A DNA stretch of 64,000 bases, taken from contig NC_081214.1 of NCBI RefSeq assembly GCF_902713425.1, positions 10,816,641 through 10,880,640 of the forward strand, written 5' to 3'. The stretch comes from Acipenser ruthenus. Lineage: Eukaryota. Below the pieces are notes generated by a model that saw only the letters and a program-made list of their open reading frames with translations, made no database searches and had not been told where the DNA came from. Shown piece by piece: positions 12,782-25,300 of this stretch. The position numbers and the translations under genes were made by a program. The stretch's first letter is position 1, and every line of letters starts with the position of its first letter.

Positions 12782-15152
12782 CAGGGGTTCCCCCTGAGGC
12801 CCACCTGAGCAGCTGCAATACGCACTGAGGCCCACTAACACTTCCTGAGGAAAATGATTCATTGTGATTATAACATGCTGTGGCAAGGTGGTTTGTAGTG
12901 CACAAGTGTAGAGGTGACACAGTGCTTAGAAAAACCACGGGGTTCAGTCTCAAAATGATAACAACAATAAACACACAATTTAAAACACCTACACAATCAC
13001 CAGTCCAACAGCGAGTGCTCCGGGTGCAGCAGTGTTGTGAATACGTGAAATAGTGCTAACAGTGGTGCAGTGCAGTCCGGGTTTGATGCTGGCTGAATAG
13101 CGACAGCTCCCAGATATTTAGCCATCTACAATGACAACACTTAACACTCATGGTTTCATTTCACTCATGGTCATTCCATAACCATAACAAAGGAACAGAT
13201 CGCTCAGCCACACACCCTGACATACCTTCAGTCACGCCCCCTTTGGTAGCGACTGCAATCACATCTCCTCCAATCCATGACTCGCACATCGCCTACCGCA
13301 GTAAGGCGTTGACTTCTAGTATTGTGGCTTCGCCCCCTTTTTGGATGGCCGACTTCCGACTGACCCTGGAATGAACTGTCAAACCATCCAGTCCGGGGCA
13401 CACTGTTCCTGTTATACAGCCTCACAGATCGGGAGGGAGATTGTTGACTCGGATTCATTCGCTCTCTGTTACATATCCCAACGCTCAGAGTGGAGCCGAA
13501 GGAGACGAAATGCTGATTTTTCTTTTGAAAGCTCTGATTGTGTCTTCTTGTACAAGCAAATGTCCACCATTTCCCTGAAGTGATGAATTTAGTTTGTTGA
13601 CTTCATTAAATGTCAGCCAGGTAAGCCAGACAGGAAAGGAACAGTGAATCCATAAAATGTTCTGCCAGCGGGGAGCCACGTTGCTGCACCAATTCTTTAA
13701 GTTCACCTCAGAGTTCGTACACATGTTATACCACTTTTCCTTTGGAAAGCCATCTTACTTCAGAATGAAGCAAAACGTGCTCATGGCCAGCCCCCATTTC
13801 AGCACATAAAGCACTGAACAGACAAGTGTTGAGAGGATTTGCCTTTACCAAATTAACAATCGTAACAACCGAACCCAGCGCATCATGCAGCTCTGCGTTC
13901 ATTTCTTTCCTTGCCAGTGCCTGTCTATGCAGCATACAGTGGGTAGCAGTAACATTCGGTGTGACTTCTCACACTAGAGAGACACAACTTACCCGTCATA
14001 GCAGCCGCTCCATCGTTACATATCCCAACACATTTCTTCCAGTCCAGTTTGACGTAATGAAATCATTCGAATAACTGAAAGATCTCAGCACCAGTTGTTC
14101 AGGTTGGTAACTCTTGGCAGAATAAAAGTGCTTCTGTTAGTTTGGTTTTGAGCATAGACCTCATGTAAATCACAAGCTGTGCTAAGTTTGCAAAATCGGT
14201 GCTTTCGTCGAGCTGCAATGCAAATGAACCGACATAACAAATCATTTCGATGAGCTGATCTTTCACATGTATGCTCATTTCACTGATGCGCTGGCAAACT
14301 GTGTTATTAGAGAGAGGTATGCTTCCTATTTTTCTTCCAGCTTCTTCGCCTAGGACCTCTCGACACATATCTTGCACGGAAGACAAAATCAAATCCTCTC
14401 CAATAGTGTTTTTTTTACACTTTGCAATTCTCAGTGCAACCAAGTAGGATGCTTTTAAGCACTTTTCTATTTGTGTTGTGGTTTTCTCCAGTACTCGGTT
14501 CATTTTTTTTCCTCACAGAAACTTACAGCAGTTTATTCTGCAATGCACTGTGTTTTTACTTCAGGTAACGCTCAAGTTTTGATGGCTTCAGACACTCATT
14601 CGCTAATGTTTCGCAGCACATAACACACTGAGGCAACAAGTACTCATCCGACCCGGAAAAGAAAAATCCAAGCTTTAAGTAGCTGTCATCATAATTTCTT
14701 CCCACTATTCTTTTTTCTTTTTTTGTCCGGCTCATTTTGTGTACTGGTAGCTGTAGATGGTCCAGGACTTTCATGATCCTCTCCATCAGTGATTCCTTCT
14801 CCTTTTCGTATAACAAATCTATCCATGTCTGCTTAAATTATCACCTGCAGTTTTTTACAGTTGTAAATGGTGTGGACTGTGTGTACATTGCTAGGTTACC
14901 TTGCAGTTGAACGCAACGTACTCGCGAGAATTAAACTTGACATATGGCAGCTTGTTTTTTAAACAGTTTTTTTCTATGGTGTGGTCAACATATACAGCTC
15001 AACCTTACATTTATTTAGCTTTTACTTAGATTACACGAGTCACGTGGAGTTATTTATTTAAGCACTTGTCAATGTACATATAGACTGGAGAATGCAGTTG
15101 CACCGGCGGACCACCAAGGACTGTTTCGCGGCCCACAGTTTGGGAACCCATG
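12782..15152 (-). mobile_element. hAT-superfamily DNA transposon (Charlie/Buster-like, 2371 bp) with degraded transposase remnants and a perfect 8-bp TSD CCTTAAAT (12774-12781 and 15153-15160). The TIRs are CAGGGGTTCCCC... and ...GGGAACCCATG.
   Basis: Minus ORFs give the BED-like/hAT N-terminus (RNYDDSYLKLGFF...PQCVMCCETLANECLKPSKLERYLK, 14556..14816), a middle region (14099..14503), the hAT hallmark LLHSEVRWLSKGKV (13726..13935) and a C-terminal part (13485..13724). The termini begin CAGGGG / end CATGGG. An identical 8-mer flanks both ends. Confidence 0.8.
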
Positions 15153-15218
15153 CCTTAAATAACTCATTTACCCCGCCCCCGATTCATATGATATGATCTG
15201 GTTACAGCACTTGCTCAC

Positions 15219-15342
15219 CCGGAGGAGTAGAACATGACGTCCATTAGAATCGTGGCGACGGAAGGCAGGGTGACTGGATCCAGGCTGGTCACACAGAACA
15301 TGTTGCTGGGGCTGGATAGGGGGTGGATCACAGGCCGCTGGA
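15219..15342 (-). CDS. CASTOR1-like: CASTOR-like coding exon: (V)QRPVIHPLSSPSNMFCVTSLDPVTLPSVATILMDVMFYSS
   Basis: Matches human PIQSPQNRFCVLTLDPETLPAIATTLIDVLFYSH. Acceptor ttgtttacag|TC, donor TCCTCCGG|gtgagcaag. The phase (1 in, 2 out) fits the neighbouring exons. Confidence 0.8.
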
Positions 15343-15591
15343 CTGTAAACAAGAACAGAAACAAAACACACAGTCAACCAGCAAGCCAGGAGCAAACACA
15401 TCCCACACAAAATTAGAGGCATCACTGTCAGATCAACCAGGACCTATGTGCACTATGTATGTGCACTATGGGCAGCAGTGTGGAGTAGGGGTTAGGGCTC
15501 TTTGTGGGCTTTATTCCAGGGGGCATCTGTCTAGGACATTTGCAGCGGTGTGGGCTACTCCCCATACCTTTACTAGGTTCTACAGACTTAA

Positions 15592-16252
15592 CCCTTTGCG
15601 GTCCATTTATTAATCGCGCGTCAGGCACGCCAGGAATAATTAATTTTCACACGCGCAGTTAATTTTATACGCGCTGTTTAAAAGTATTTTTTTTCACAGT
15701 CAAACGGGTTTAAATGGCCCTGCATATCAACAAAGCACACACTAGGCATCTCCAGCCCCTCCCCAGCCTTTTGTTTGCTATAGCGTTCAGCTGTGTAAGA
15801 AATAAATAATAATAATAATAATAGTCGTACATACCGATCGATCATCTCCAGATCACTCGTTTTATCACCAAACTCCTCAATAATGCGATCAAAGTCATTA
15901 TTTTATTACTATAACATCTGAAAAAAGCTCTGCAAATGTCCATGATAGTCTCAGTGCGCTGACGCACTTAGCCAGCTTGTTTATTATGGACGCCCATTAT
16001 CTGATACCTGATACCATGTATGACTATTCATGAAATACGCCTTTTTTTTTTTTTTTTTTTTTTTTTTCCGACTTGTCTCGGCTCCTGTCGCTACCACTCG
16101 GCAATTGAATGGTTTTCTCGGCTTTTTCCGGAGAAAAAACGACTAAACACCCGTTTATTGCGTTGCTATAATGATGTCGGACCCAGTCCGACAAAGGACC
16201 TGTGAGGAATAATTGCAATGTCGGACCCAGTCCGACAATGGACCGCAAAGGG
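15592..16252. mobile_element. piggyBac-type MITE, second copy (661 bp). The TIR is CCCTTTGCGGTCC...GGACCGCAAAGGG. The TTAA TSD is at 15588-15591 and 16253-16256. It contains an internal poly-T at 16044-16068.
   Basis: Same family as 11138-11768. Perfect 13-bp TIRs. TTAA on both flanks. Confidence 0.8.
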
Positions 16253-16873
16253 TTAATGTTGGGGGTCCCTGGTCAACCTTTGCAACACAGGCATAGGTGA
16301 ACTTCTCCCTCAACTTGTTATCCCTAGCTACTTGTTACTGGGGTTCCGTATGGTAACGCACAAGGCAGCCTCTCGGCGTAGCCTTGCGACAGCTCTGGTA
16401 CACTTACTCATGCGGTAATGGTTACATTTCGTACTTGAACGGGAATGTTAGGTTATTATCATAAACCTCGTCCCCTGAAATAGAAAAGTAACAATTAACC
16501 TTCATGGTCGGTGCATCCATCATTGCAGCAGGCTTGAAAGAAAAATGACATTGAAGTCTGTGACTGCAATGTTTTTTATGTCCTCTTGGTGGGCCATGAC
16601 TGCATCACAGGCTTGTCGAGCAGCTTTGAGATATCTCATTCAAGTTTTGGGTCTTTAGGAGGTAAATACCCATGTGGTAATGGTTACATTGCTATTTCAG
16701 CGAACCAGGGTTATGATAATAACCTAACGTTTGATCACAAATGAGTGAAATGTAACAGGTTTTTATTATAACTAATATCTTAAACTTAAAGGAAATGACT
16801 GAAAATGTGAGTATCACAGCCCTTGTTGTATAGTATTTGCAGTGGAGCTGTGCAGAAATTGAAAGGGACATAC

Positions 16874-17006
16874 CAAGTTTGGGCTTGACAAAACCATTGG
16901 TCACCCCAAGACTGTTAGCTGCCACCGCCTCACCATTGACGACCCTCAGGAGAGTGAACTCTGAGGAGAGTGTGTGCATCACCAGGGGCAGGTCCCTCTC
17001 TCGCAC
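16874..17006 (-). CDS. CASTOR1-like: CASTOR-like coding exon: VRERDLPLVMHTLSSEFTLLRVVNGEAVAANSLGVTNGFVKPKL(+G)
   Basis: Matches human VREQDLSVVIHTLAQEFDIYREVGGEPV. Acceptor gtgcag|GTGCGA, donor AAACTTG|gtatgtcc. The phase is continuous with the flanking exons. Confidence 0.8.
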
Positions 17007-17099
17007 CTGCACACAGACAGAACATCATCATCATCGCTGGGCATTGTCCAGAAACACTCAAGCAAAACAATATCATTGAATAAACAAAGAAGAACTAGG

Positions 17100-17345
17100 G
17101 GGGACCTTAAAAGGAGATAAAAAAAGGTTAACCTTAATCAATACGAGCAGAACGTTGTAAACTGGATAGATTTAGGACAGAGGGAAGGAAACAGAGAGTG
17201 GTGAGGGTATGGAACCTAGTCATGTTGTTGATGATGAATCACTGGGACCTTTAAGACCCAATTTGAGTTCTGAGATGAATCAGCTACCTGGAACCGGACG
17301 AGCATAGATGGGCCAAATGGCCTCCTCTTGTTTGCAAATTTTCTA
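17100..17345 (+). mobile_element. 5'-truncated CR1-like 3'-end fragment from a diverged subfamily
   Basis: Shares ...agagtggtgagggtatggaa...agtcatgttgttga...gaatcactggg.cctttaagaccc...gatgggccaaatggcctcctcttgtttgcaaat with the CR1 tail consensus. Confidence 0.7.
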
Positions 17346-18159
17346 TTAGTAAAACACTCTCATTACAAATCTGTAACTCGAGAGTAACACAGATTTGATG
17401 GATTCTACATTACCCTGCTGTGCTCTGAGCTTTGCTTTCTGTAGTGGTTAATCTGCTGTTATTGTCTATAGGCATGATCCAGCAATGTCAGTAGTAGAGC
17501 TGCATTACACGCTGAAGCGAATTCCAACCCAGTATTAATGTCTGATCCAAGGCTAATCCTGGTTATGTAAAAGCATTAAGATTATTTTTAGCTCCAAATT
17601 GATCAAAAGAGAGAGTCACATTTTTGGTATCAGAGCATGACATTAACAGCATGACTCTAACCCAAATGAAAATTGAATTTTTGTATCTTCAGAAGGTATG
17701 GTTTACATTGACCTCAACAGGACCCATTGGGTGCAAATTCATCTAGTCTATGTTGATGGAATTATGAGACGTTTCCATCTGCACCATGAAACCAGTTTGT
17801 AAAACTCAATCTCGTTCCAATATCAAACTGGGGCCAGTCTGCAACCGGACATCCCACAACAGTCAAAGATAACCTATATGTATCTTTTTTTGTATAGTTA
17901 CTATTTTTTATAATTTCCCAACTTCTAATATTTGCCTGGAGATGCAATATATTCACAGCCTTCATATTTTTTTCTGCAGTGAGAGATTTAAACCCTTCCT
18001 CTCACATCGTTTGCATTGGACCAATTTAGCATTAGGAAGTTTTTAAATATCCAAATTTTGATGTCAGCAAGACAGGTATTCAAAATATTAGCAGCAGATC
18101 CATCACCCGGCTTGAGGGACAGGTAAAGCTGAGTATCCAGCAGTGTCAGTCCCTCTGTG

Positions 18160-19200
18160 GCTCCCATAGTCCGGGAAAACACATGCAGACTGTGGCAGGG
18201 ACACTATGAGGTGACAGAAGCAGCAGGTCCAGTGAATTATAAAATACGGCAGCTGGATCGCAGAAAAAAGGAGCAAATATATCACATTAATCTCTTAAAA
18301 CCTTGGAGGGACAGCGAACCAGTTTTAATCACCGGTAGGGAAACAAGTCAGAGCGAAAGTGTGAAAGTGGCCCTAATTTAGGAGAGGAACAGTGTAGAAC
18401 AAAGCTGGGAGTTATAGAGGAGTCTAACAGCAAGTGGACTAGTCTTATAGTGCTAGTGCCAAAACCAGATGGGACACAGCATTTCTTTAACAATTGTAGG
18501 AAATTAAACAAAGTGTCCAAGTTTGACGCCTACCCTATGCTCCGGGTAGATGAACTATAAGAAAAGTTAGGCAAAGCCAGATTTGTGTCCACACTAGGTC
18601 TAACTAAAGGTTACTGGCAGATACCGTTGACGGACATGGCAAAGGAGAAAACAATATTTGTCAATCCTGAAGGTTTATTCCAGTATATGGTGAAGCCCTT
18701 CGGTTTGCATGGTGCCCCTGCAACCTTTCAGAGGTTAATAGACACAATACGCATCAAGCTTATTCGGATGACATTGTGGTATACAGTGAAGACTGGGAAT
18801 CACACCTGGGTAAAGTCAAGGCTGTTTCATACAGCCAGGAAAGCAGATCTTACTGCCAACACAGAAAAATGTCATGTAGGAATGAATGAGGCATGTAGTA
18901 GGGGGTGGGTTGATTAAACCTCAGTGCATTTAAGTCAAGGTTATAAAAAATTGGCCCAAATCTGTAAACAAAAAACAGGTGCGGGTATTTTTGGGTATTC
19001 ACTCTTATTACGGACCATGCTCCTCTGAAATGGATAAGGGTGAATAAAGAAAGAAATGCTAGAGTCACCAGATGTCTTTACAGCCATACCGCTTTACCAT
19101 AGAACACAGAGCTGGGGCAAAACATGGTAATGCGGATGGGCTGTCCAGGGTCCACTATCTCTCAGCTGAGTCCACTCTAACCCAGGGGTTTGAGCTCAGG
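18160..19200 (+). mobile_element. Ty3/gypsy-type LTR-retrotransposon pol fragment (RT core plus a downstream integrase-like piece), frameshifted
   Basis: 18480-18760 translates as F.NCRKLNKVSKFDAYPMLRVDEL...TLGLTKGYWQIPL...MVKPFGLHGAPATFQRL (RT motifs). 19080-19150 gives ...GAKHGNADGLSR. Confidence 0.7.
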
Positions 19201-19202
19201 GG

Positions 19203-22010
19203 ATGGATATGTGGTTTGGTAACAGAGGGAAATATGTCAGTCTAGCATTTAAAAGGGACCAAGAACAAAGTACACAGAAAGAGCACTTGCAACTACAAGC
19301 GCAAGTCAAAAAGGAAGTTAGAAAGGCCAAGAGAGAGATAGAAATGAACATTGCCAAGGGGGCTAAAACCAATTCCAAAAACTTTTTCCAATATTATAAC
19401 AGCAAAACAACATTCAAGGAGGAAGTAAAATGTGTAAGAGATACAACATCATACATGAAGAGAATACAACATCATACATGAAGAGAAAAAAATTGCAAGT
19501 ATATTAAATGATTACTTTTCACAAGTTTTTACAAAGGAGGATTGTAATTGTTCCCATTTAGAAGTGGAAGAACTGCAGTAGCAGCGGACTGACCACTAGA
19601 TGTCATCAGGATCAGCAATCAGAGTGGTAGCAAAACACCTGAGTTTAACACCACGGCAGTCATTTTGACGAAGTTTTCACTTTTAAAATTGTAATTACTC
19701 TGCGTGTTTGAAAGGTACGCGGTTGTCCATTCTTGACTTTTCCTAAGTCTATGTATTAGATACCCTGATGGGTATCTAATACACAGGGCAGCAGTGTGGA
19801 GTAGTGGTTAGGGCTCTGGACTCTTGACCAGAAGGTTGTGGGTTCAATCCCCAGTGGGGGACACTGCTGTTGTACCCTTGAGCAAGGTACTTTGCCTAAA
19901 TTGCTCCAGTAAAAACCCAACTGTATAAATGGGTAATTGTATGTAAAAATAATTTGATATCTGTATAATGTGAAATAATGTATAATGTGATATGTTGTAA
20001 CAATTGTAAGTCGCCCTGGATAAGGACGTCTGCTAAGAAATAAATAATAATAATAATAATTTGAAAGGCAGGATAGCAAAAGAAAAACAACAAAAAAAAC
20101 CTTAAAATCCCCTCCACCTAGAACCGCCAAAACTGTCACTTTGACTGCCTTTTACAATACATGTTTTTATTTTGAATATAATCTACAATAGTTATATAAT
20201 ATTTTATTTTTACATACAAGCCTGTTGTTATTTCTACTGGACCCGGCAACCATCAATTCCTTTGTTTTGTACAAGGAATGCCCCATGGAAAATTTAAGTA
20301 GGAGAGATTTCATCTTGAAGCTAGCCACAGCGCTTCGGCTGAAACATTTCGATCAGAAAACAGCAGCTCAACCAGATTCTGTGCTGCACTGCGTGACACA
20401 CATGCAAAAGAAAACATATGTTACTTTTGTTTAAAATTAAAAACTACTTTCATTTTTACAGTTTTTTATGTACATATACAAAACTGTTAAAGGCAGAAGT
20501 GTTAAAGGGACTAGGAGCTCTTAAAATAAACAAATCCCCTGGACCAGATGAGATCCTCCCAATAGTACTCAAAGAAATAAAATAAGTTATTTACAAACCG
20601 CTAACCAAGATCATGCAACAGTCTCTTGAGACAGAGGTTGTACCGACAGACTGGAGAATTGCAAACGTAATACCGATCCACAAAAAGGGAGACAAAGCCG
20701 ACCAGGTAAGTACAGACCAATAAGCCTGACTTCTATTATATGTAAACTTATGGAAACTATAATAAGATCCAAAATGGAAAATTACCTATATGGTAACAGT
20801 ACTTGGGAGACAGTCAGCACGGTTTTAGGAAAGGGAGACCGTGTCTAACTAATCTGCTTGATTTTTTGGATGATGCAACATCGACAATGGATAATTGCAA
20901 AGCATATGACATGGTTTATTTAGATTTCCAGAAAGCTTTTGACAAAGTCCTGCATAAAAAATTAATTCTCAAACTGAACGCAGTAGGGATTCAAGGAAAT
21001 GCATGCACAGGGAGTGGTTAACATGTATAAAACAGAAAGTACTGATTAGAGGAGAAACCTCAAAATGGAGCGAGGTAACCAGTGGTGTACCACAGGGATC
21101 AGTATTAGGTCCTCTGCTATTCCTAATCTACATTAATGATTTAGATTCTGGTATAGTAAGCAAACTTGTTAAATTTGCAGATGACATAAAAATAGGAGGA
21201 GTGGCAAACACTGTTACAGCAGCAAAGGTCATTCAAAATGATCTAGACAGCATTCAGAACTGGGCAGACACATGGCAAATGAAATTTAAGAGAAAAGTGT
21301 AAGGTACTGCACACAGGCAATAAATATGTGCATTATAAATATCATATGGGAGATACTGAAATTGGAGAAGGAATCTATGAAAAAAAGGAGTTTATGTTGA
21401 CTCAGAAATGTCTTCATGTCTTCATGTAGACAATGTGGGGAAGCTATAAAAAAGGCCAACAAGATGCTTGGATATATTGTGAAAAGTGTTGAATTTAAAT
21501 CAAGGGAAGTAATGTTAAAACTTTACAATGCATTAGTAAGACCTCATCTAGAATATTGTGTTCAGTTCTGGTCACCTCGTTACAAAAAGGATATTGCTGC
21601 TCTAGAAAGGGTGCAAAGAAGAGCAACCAGAATTATCCCTGGTTTAAAATGCATGTTGTATGCAGACAGGCTAAAAGAATTGAATCTATTCAGTCTTGAA
21701 CAAAGAAGACTACGCGGCGATCTGATTCAAACATTCAAAATCCTAAAAGGTATTGACAATATCAACCCAGGGGACTTGGGGTCACAAATGGAGATTAGAT
21801 AAAGGGGCATTCCGAAAAGAAAATAGGAGGCACTTTTTTACACAGAGATATGAGGGTCTGGAACCAACTCCCCAGTAATGTTGTGGAAGCCGACACCCTG
21901 GGATCCTTCAAGAAGCTACTTGATGAGATTCTGGGATCAATAAGCTACTAACAACCAAACGAGCAAGATGGGCCGAATGGCCTCTTCTCGTTTGTAAATT
22001 TTCTTATGTT
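19203..22010 (+). mobile_element. Fragmented CR1-like LINE copy. A piece at 19203-19560 and the RT/3' part at 20497-22010 are split by ~940 bp of inserted sequence that includes a tRNA-derived SINE.
   Basis: 19203-19560 aligns to the region ...RAFKRDQKQSTQKE...FFQYYNSK of the intact copy. 20497-22010 aligns to the RT (SPGPDEILPIVLKE ... ADDIKIGGV ... LKLYNALVRPHLEYCVQFWSPRYKKD) and the CR1 tail. Several frameshifts are present. Confidence 0.8.
19785..20065 (+). mobile_element. tRNA-derived SINE. It has a tRNA-like head with A and B boxes, a body, a conserved tail TGTAAGTCGCCCTGGATAAGGACGTCTGCTAA (HpaI/Deu-type) and an (AATAAT)n 3' end. It is inserted inside a CR1 fragment.
   Basis: The head reads gggcagcagtgtggagtagtggttagggctctggactcttgaccagaaggttgtgggttcaatcccc (TGGAGTAGTGG / GGTTCAATCCC boxes). 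The tail block is shared with salmonid HpaI-type SINEs. Confidence 0.8.
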
Positions 22011-22376
22011 TACCCCTGTTTCCACACTAGTTTCTTTTGAAATGTGTATTTTATTATAGATTCATATTTTGAAGTAGTGCTTTATATGTGGTAAGTTAGA
22101 AAATAAACCCTTTTATGTTTAATTGTTCATTTAAATACAGCGTTTCGGCTGTGCATATGTTTGATATGATGTGTTTGAATAAAACTTTTGAGTTGTAGCC
22201 GATAGTTTCATTTTAATACTGATGTTGTTTAGAATGTAACCGTCATAATGACTGCCAGCGGTGGTTTTAGGTATGAGTATAACCACAGTGGTTCCAGTGT
22301 TAATGAGGTAATTGGATCATTTGAAATGGACTGTTATTCAATTAAGCACTAACCATAAAAAAACATTTTGGGTGTG

Positions 22377-25300
22377 TGTCACAAAGACGGCCGGAGTGGG
22401 TGGCGTCAGACCAGAAGCAGGAAGTAAAGACAGAGATTTGTGGTTTGGTGAAGCTGAGCGAATGCTTTCGCTCAGCATTTAATAACAGAACAGAAAATAA
22501 AAGGTTTGAAACACAAAAAACACTGGACACGGCACTTGCGCCAAAATAAATAGACAAACAAAACGGACTAGACAGTGCACAGACAGACGAACAAAACACG
22601 GTGAGCAGATTTAACTTACTTTTACAATTACCTCCGTCTCCAAACCCGTTGTCCACTCACCGAACACCTAACCCCGACTGAAAGAAACGTGCATCTATAT
22701 ATACTGTTGTGCTGGGATTCAATTACTAATTAATTATTCACTTGAATCCCAGCACATTAATTAATTCTGTGCAACCCCGTGCTTACATATTACATTTAAC
22801 CAGCACGTGAAGTGATTTGTGCTCTCCTTGTGCCTAAATACAAATCTACACTTTTTAAATACACGTGAAACACAGACCCGTTTATATCCAGACCTCCCCC
22901 ACGACCTCCGGCAGTGAAACTGCTGCAGTGGGAGCAGGTCTCCGGACCTCCCCCACGACCTCCGGCAGCGAAACTGCTGCAGTGGGAGCAGGTCTCTGGA
23001 CCTCCCCCACGATCTCCAGCAGCGAAACTGCTGCTGGGGTTGGTGGTCTCCAGACCTCCTCCCCCTTCTTCGTGGCCGACAGCTCCCCTTTCTGGGGCTC
23101 CGGCCACCGTACTCCCTGTGGTGGAGGTACGGGAAGCAGAGACAGCTCCTGCTGTTCTGCTTCTGGCAGTGGCAGAGGCAGAGGCAGCTCCTGCTCCTCT
23201 GCTCCTGGAAGTGGCAGAGGCAGCTCCTGCTCCTCTGCTCCTGCCGGTGTAGGTGGCGGAGGCAGAGGCAGCTCCGGCTGCTCTGCTCCTGGAAGTGGCA
23301 GAGGCAGCTCCTGCTCCTCTGCTCCTGGAAGTGGCAGAGGCAGCTCCTGTTCCTCTGCTCCTGCCGGTGTAGGTGGCGGAGGCAGAGGCAGCTCCGGCTG
23401 CTCTGCTCCTGCCGGTGAAGGTGGGAGCAGCGTGTAGTCTCCTGCCGATGGAGGTGGGAGCAGCGTGTAGTCTCCCCCTTTTCCAGGGGACTGGTGCTGC
23501 TCTGCCTCTCTTGCAGGGAACTGGTGCGGCTCCGCTCCTATTGCAGGGGACTGGTGCGGCTCTGCCTCTGAAGGGAAAACCAGCAGGCATTCTTCCTCTG
23601 CTGGTTGTGCTGGGGAAACCAGCAGGCATTCTTCCTCTGCTGGTTGTGCTGGGGAAACCAGCAGGCATTCTTCCTCTGCTGGTTGGGCTGGGGAAACCAG
23701 CAGGCATTCTTCCTCTGCTGGTTGGGCTGGGGAAACCAGCAGGCATTCTTCCTCTGCTGGTTGTGCTGGGGAAACCAGCAGGCATTCTTGCTCTGCTGGT
23801 GAAGGTGGGAACAGCTGCCTCTCAGGCTTCGGATTCCCGCGGTCCTCTCGTCTGGGCGCTGGACGCTCGCGGCCCCCCTGTCTGGGCGCTGGACGCTCGC
23901 GGTCCCCCCGTCTGGGTGCTAGTTCCTCCTCTTCATACTGGGTGGGGCATATGGCTAATGTGTGCCCATAAGCCCCACAGCCAGGGCATAACTCTGCCGC
24001 GAGGTTCTTTAAAAAAACCTCCCAGCCATCATCCCCGACCTCCTCCCTTTTGGGCTGTGGACGCCCGACTCCTCCCTTTTGGGCTGTGGGCGTTCGGGCT
24101 CCTCCCACTCAGGCGTAGGAAGTTTGGGCTCCTCCAGCTTGGGCTGTGGACGCTCTGGCTCCTCCCGCTTGGGCTGTGGACGCCCCGACTCCTCCCGCTT
24201 GGGCTGTGGACGCCCCGACTCCTCCCGCTTGGGCTGTGGACGTTCGGGCTCCTCCCACTCAGGCGTAGGAAGTTCGGGCTCCTCCCGCTTGGGCTGTGGA
24301 CGCTCAGGCTCCTCCCGCTCAGGTACTGGAGAGGGCAGCGACTGCTCCTCTCCCTCTTGCTCACTGGAAGGCATCCCTCCCATGTCTGCAGCTAGGTACC
24401 CCAGCACCACCATGGTGAGGTCACGAACGGATGCCGGGTTGTGCTGTTGCTCCCAGTCCTCCCATCGTTTCCCATCTCGCATCTGCAGCGCGTGAATAAC
24501 CCAGGGGAGGTCACTGGCGAAGTTCCCCTCGGGGTGCACCAGCCAGTCCCATATTTCCCGGGACGGTGGGGAACCCGGTGGCAGTGGGGTGGCTACTGCC
24601 CCGTTGTGGCTGTCCTCCTCCCAGCCCGGCATGCAGGATGAGGGCTGCAAGCTGCTTCCGCTGCTTCCTGCAGCTCTTTCTTCCCATCCTCGCTTTACTA
24701 TTTTTTTTTTTTTTTTTTTTTTTTGTAATCCAAAACCCCCTCTCCTGGTCTGACGGTTGGAGGCGCTGTTTATCCCACGATGACACCACGTGTCACAAAG
24801 ACGGCCGGAGTGGGTGGCGTCAGACCAGATGCAGGAAATAAACAGACAGAGATTTGTGGTTTGGTGAAGCTGAGCGAATGCTTTCGCTCAGCATTTAATA
24901 ACAGAACAGAAAATAAAAGGTTTGAAACACAAAAAACACTGGACACGGCACTTGCGCCAAAATAAATAGACAAACAAAATGGACTAGACAGTGCACAGAC
25001 AGACGAACAAAACACGGTGAGCAGATTTAACTATTTACTTTACTTTTACAATTACCTCCGTCTCCAAACCCGTTCTCCACTCACCGAACACCTAACCACG
25101 ACTGAAAGAAACGTGCATCTATATATACTGTTGTGCTGGGATTCAATTACTAATTAATTATTCACTTGAATCCCAGCACGTGAATTAATTCTGTGCAACC
25201 CCGTGCTTACATATTACATTTAACCAGCACGTGAAGTGATTTGTGCTCTCCTTGTGCCTAAATACAAATCTACACTTTTTAAATACACGTGAAACACAGA

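Noticed and set aside
19785-19865. tRNA-like sequence with A and B boxes
   Set aside because: It is the head of a SINE, continuous with the SINE body, conserved tail and (AAT)n. A copy occurs at 39370-39447 and a 5' fragment at 15457-15500. No cloverleaf with an intact acceptor stem, so it is not a tRNA gene.
20225-20434. ORF with ...RRDFILKLATALRLKHFDQ..., vaguely like the start of a piggyBac transposase DDE_Tnp_1_7 domain
   Set aside because: Only a ~20-aa loose resemblance, and no downstream DDE motifs. It lies in sequence inserted into a CR1 fragment. Not supportable.
22865-24395. Long plus-strand ORFs (190 aa, 340 aa) and a 65-aa ORF inside the LTR element
   Set aside because: They are frames kept open by the coding minisatellites, on the strand opposite the element's sense strand. 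The LTR orientation, the PBS position and the CCHC knuckle are all on the minus strand.
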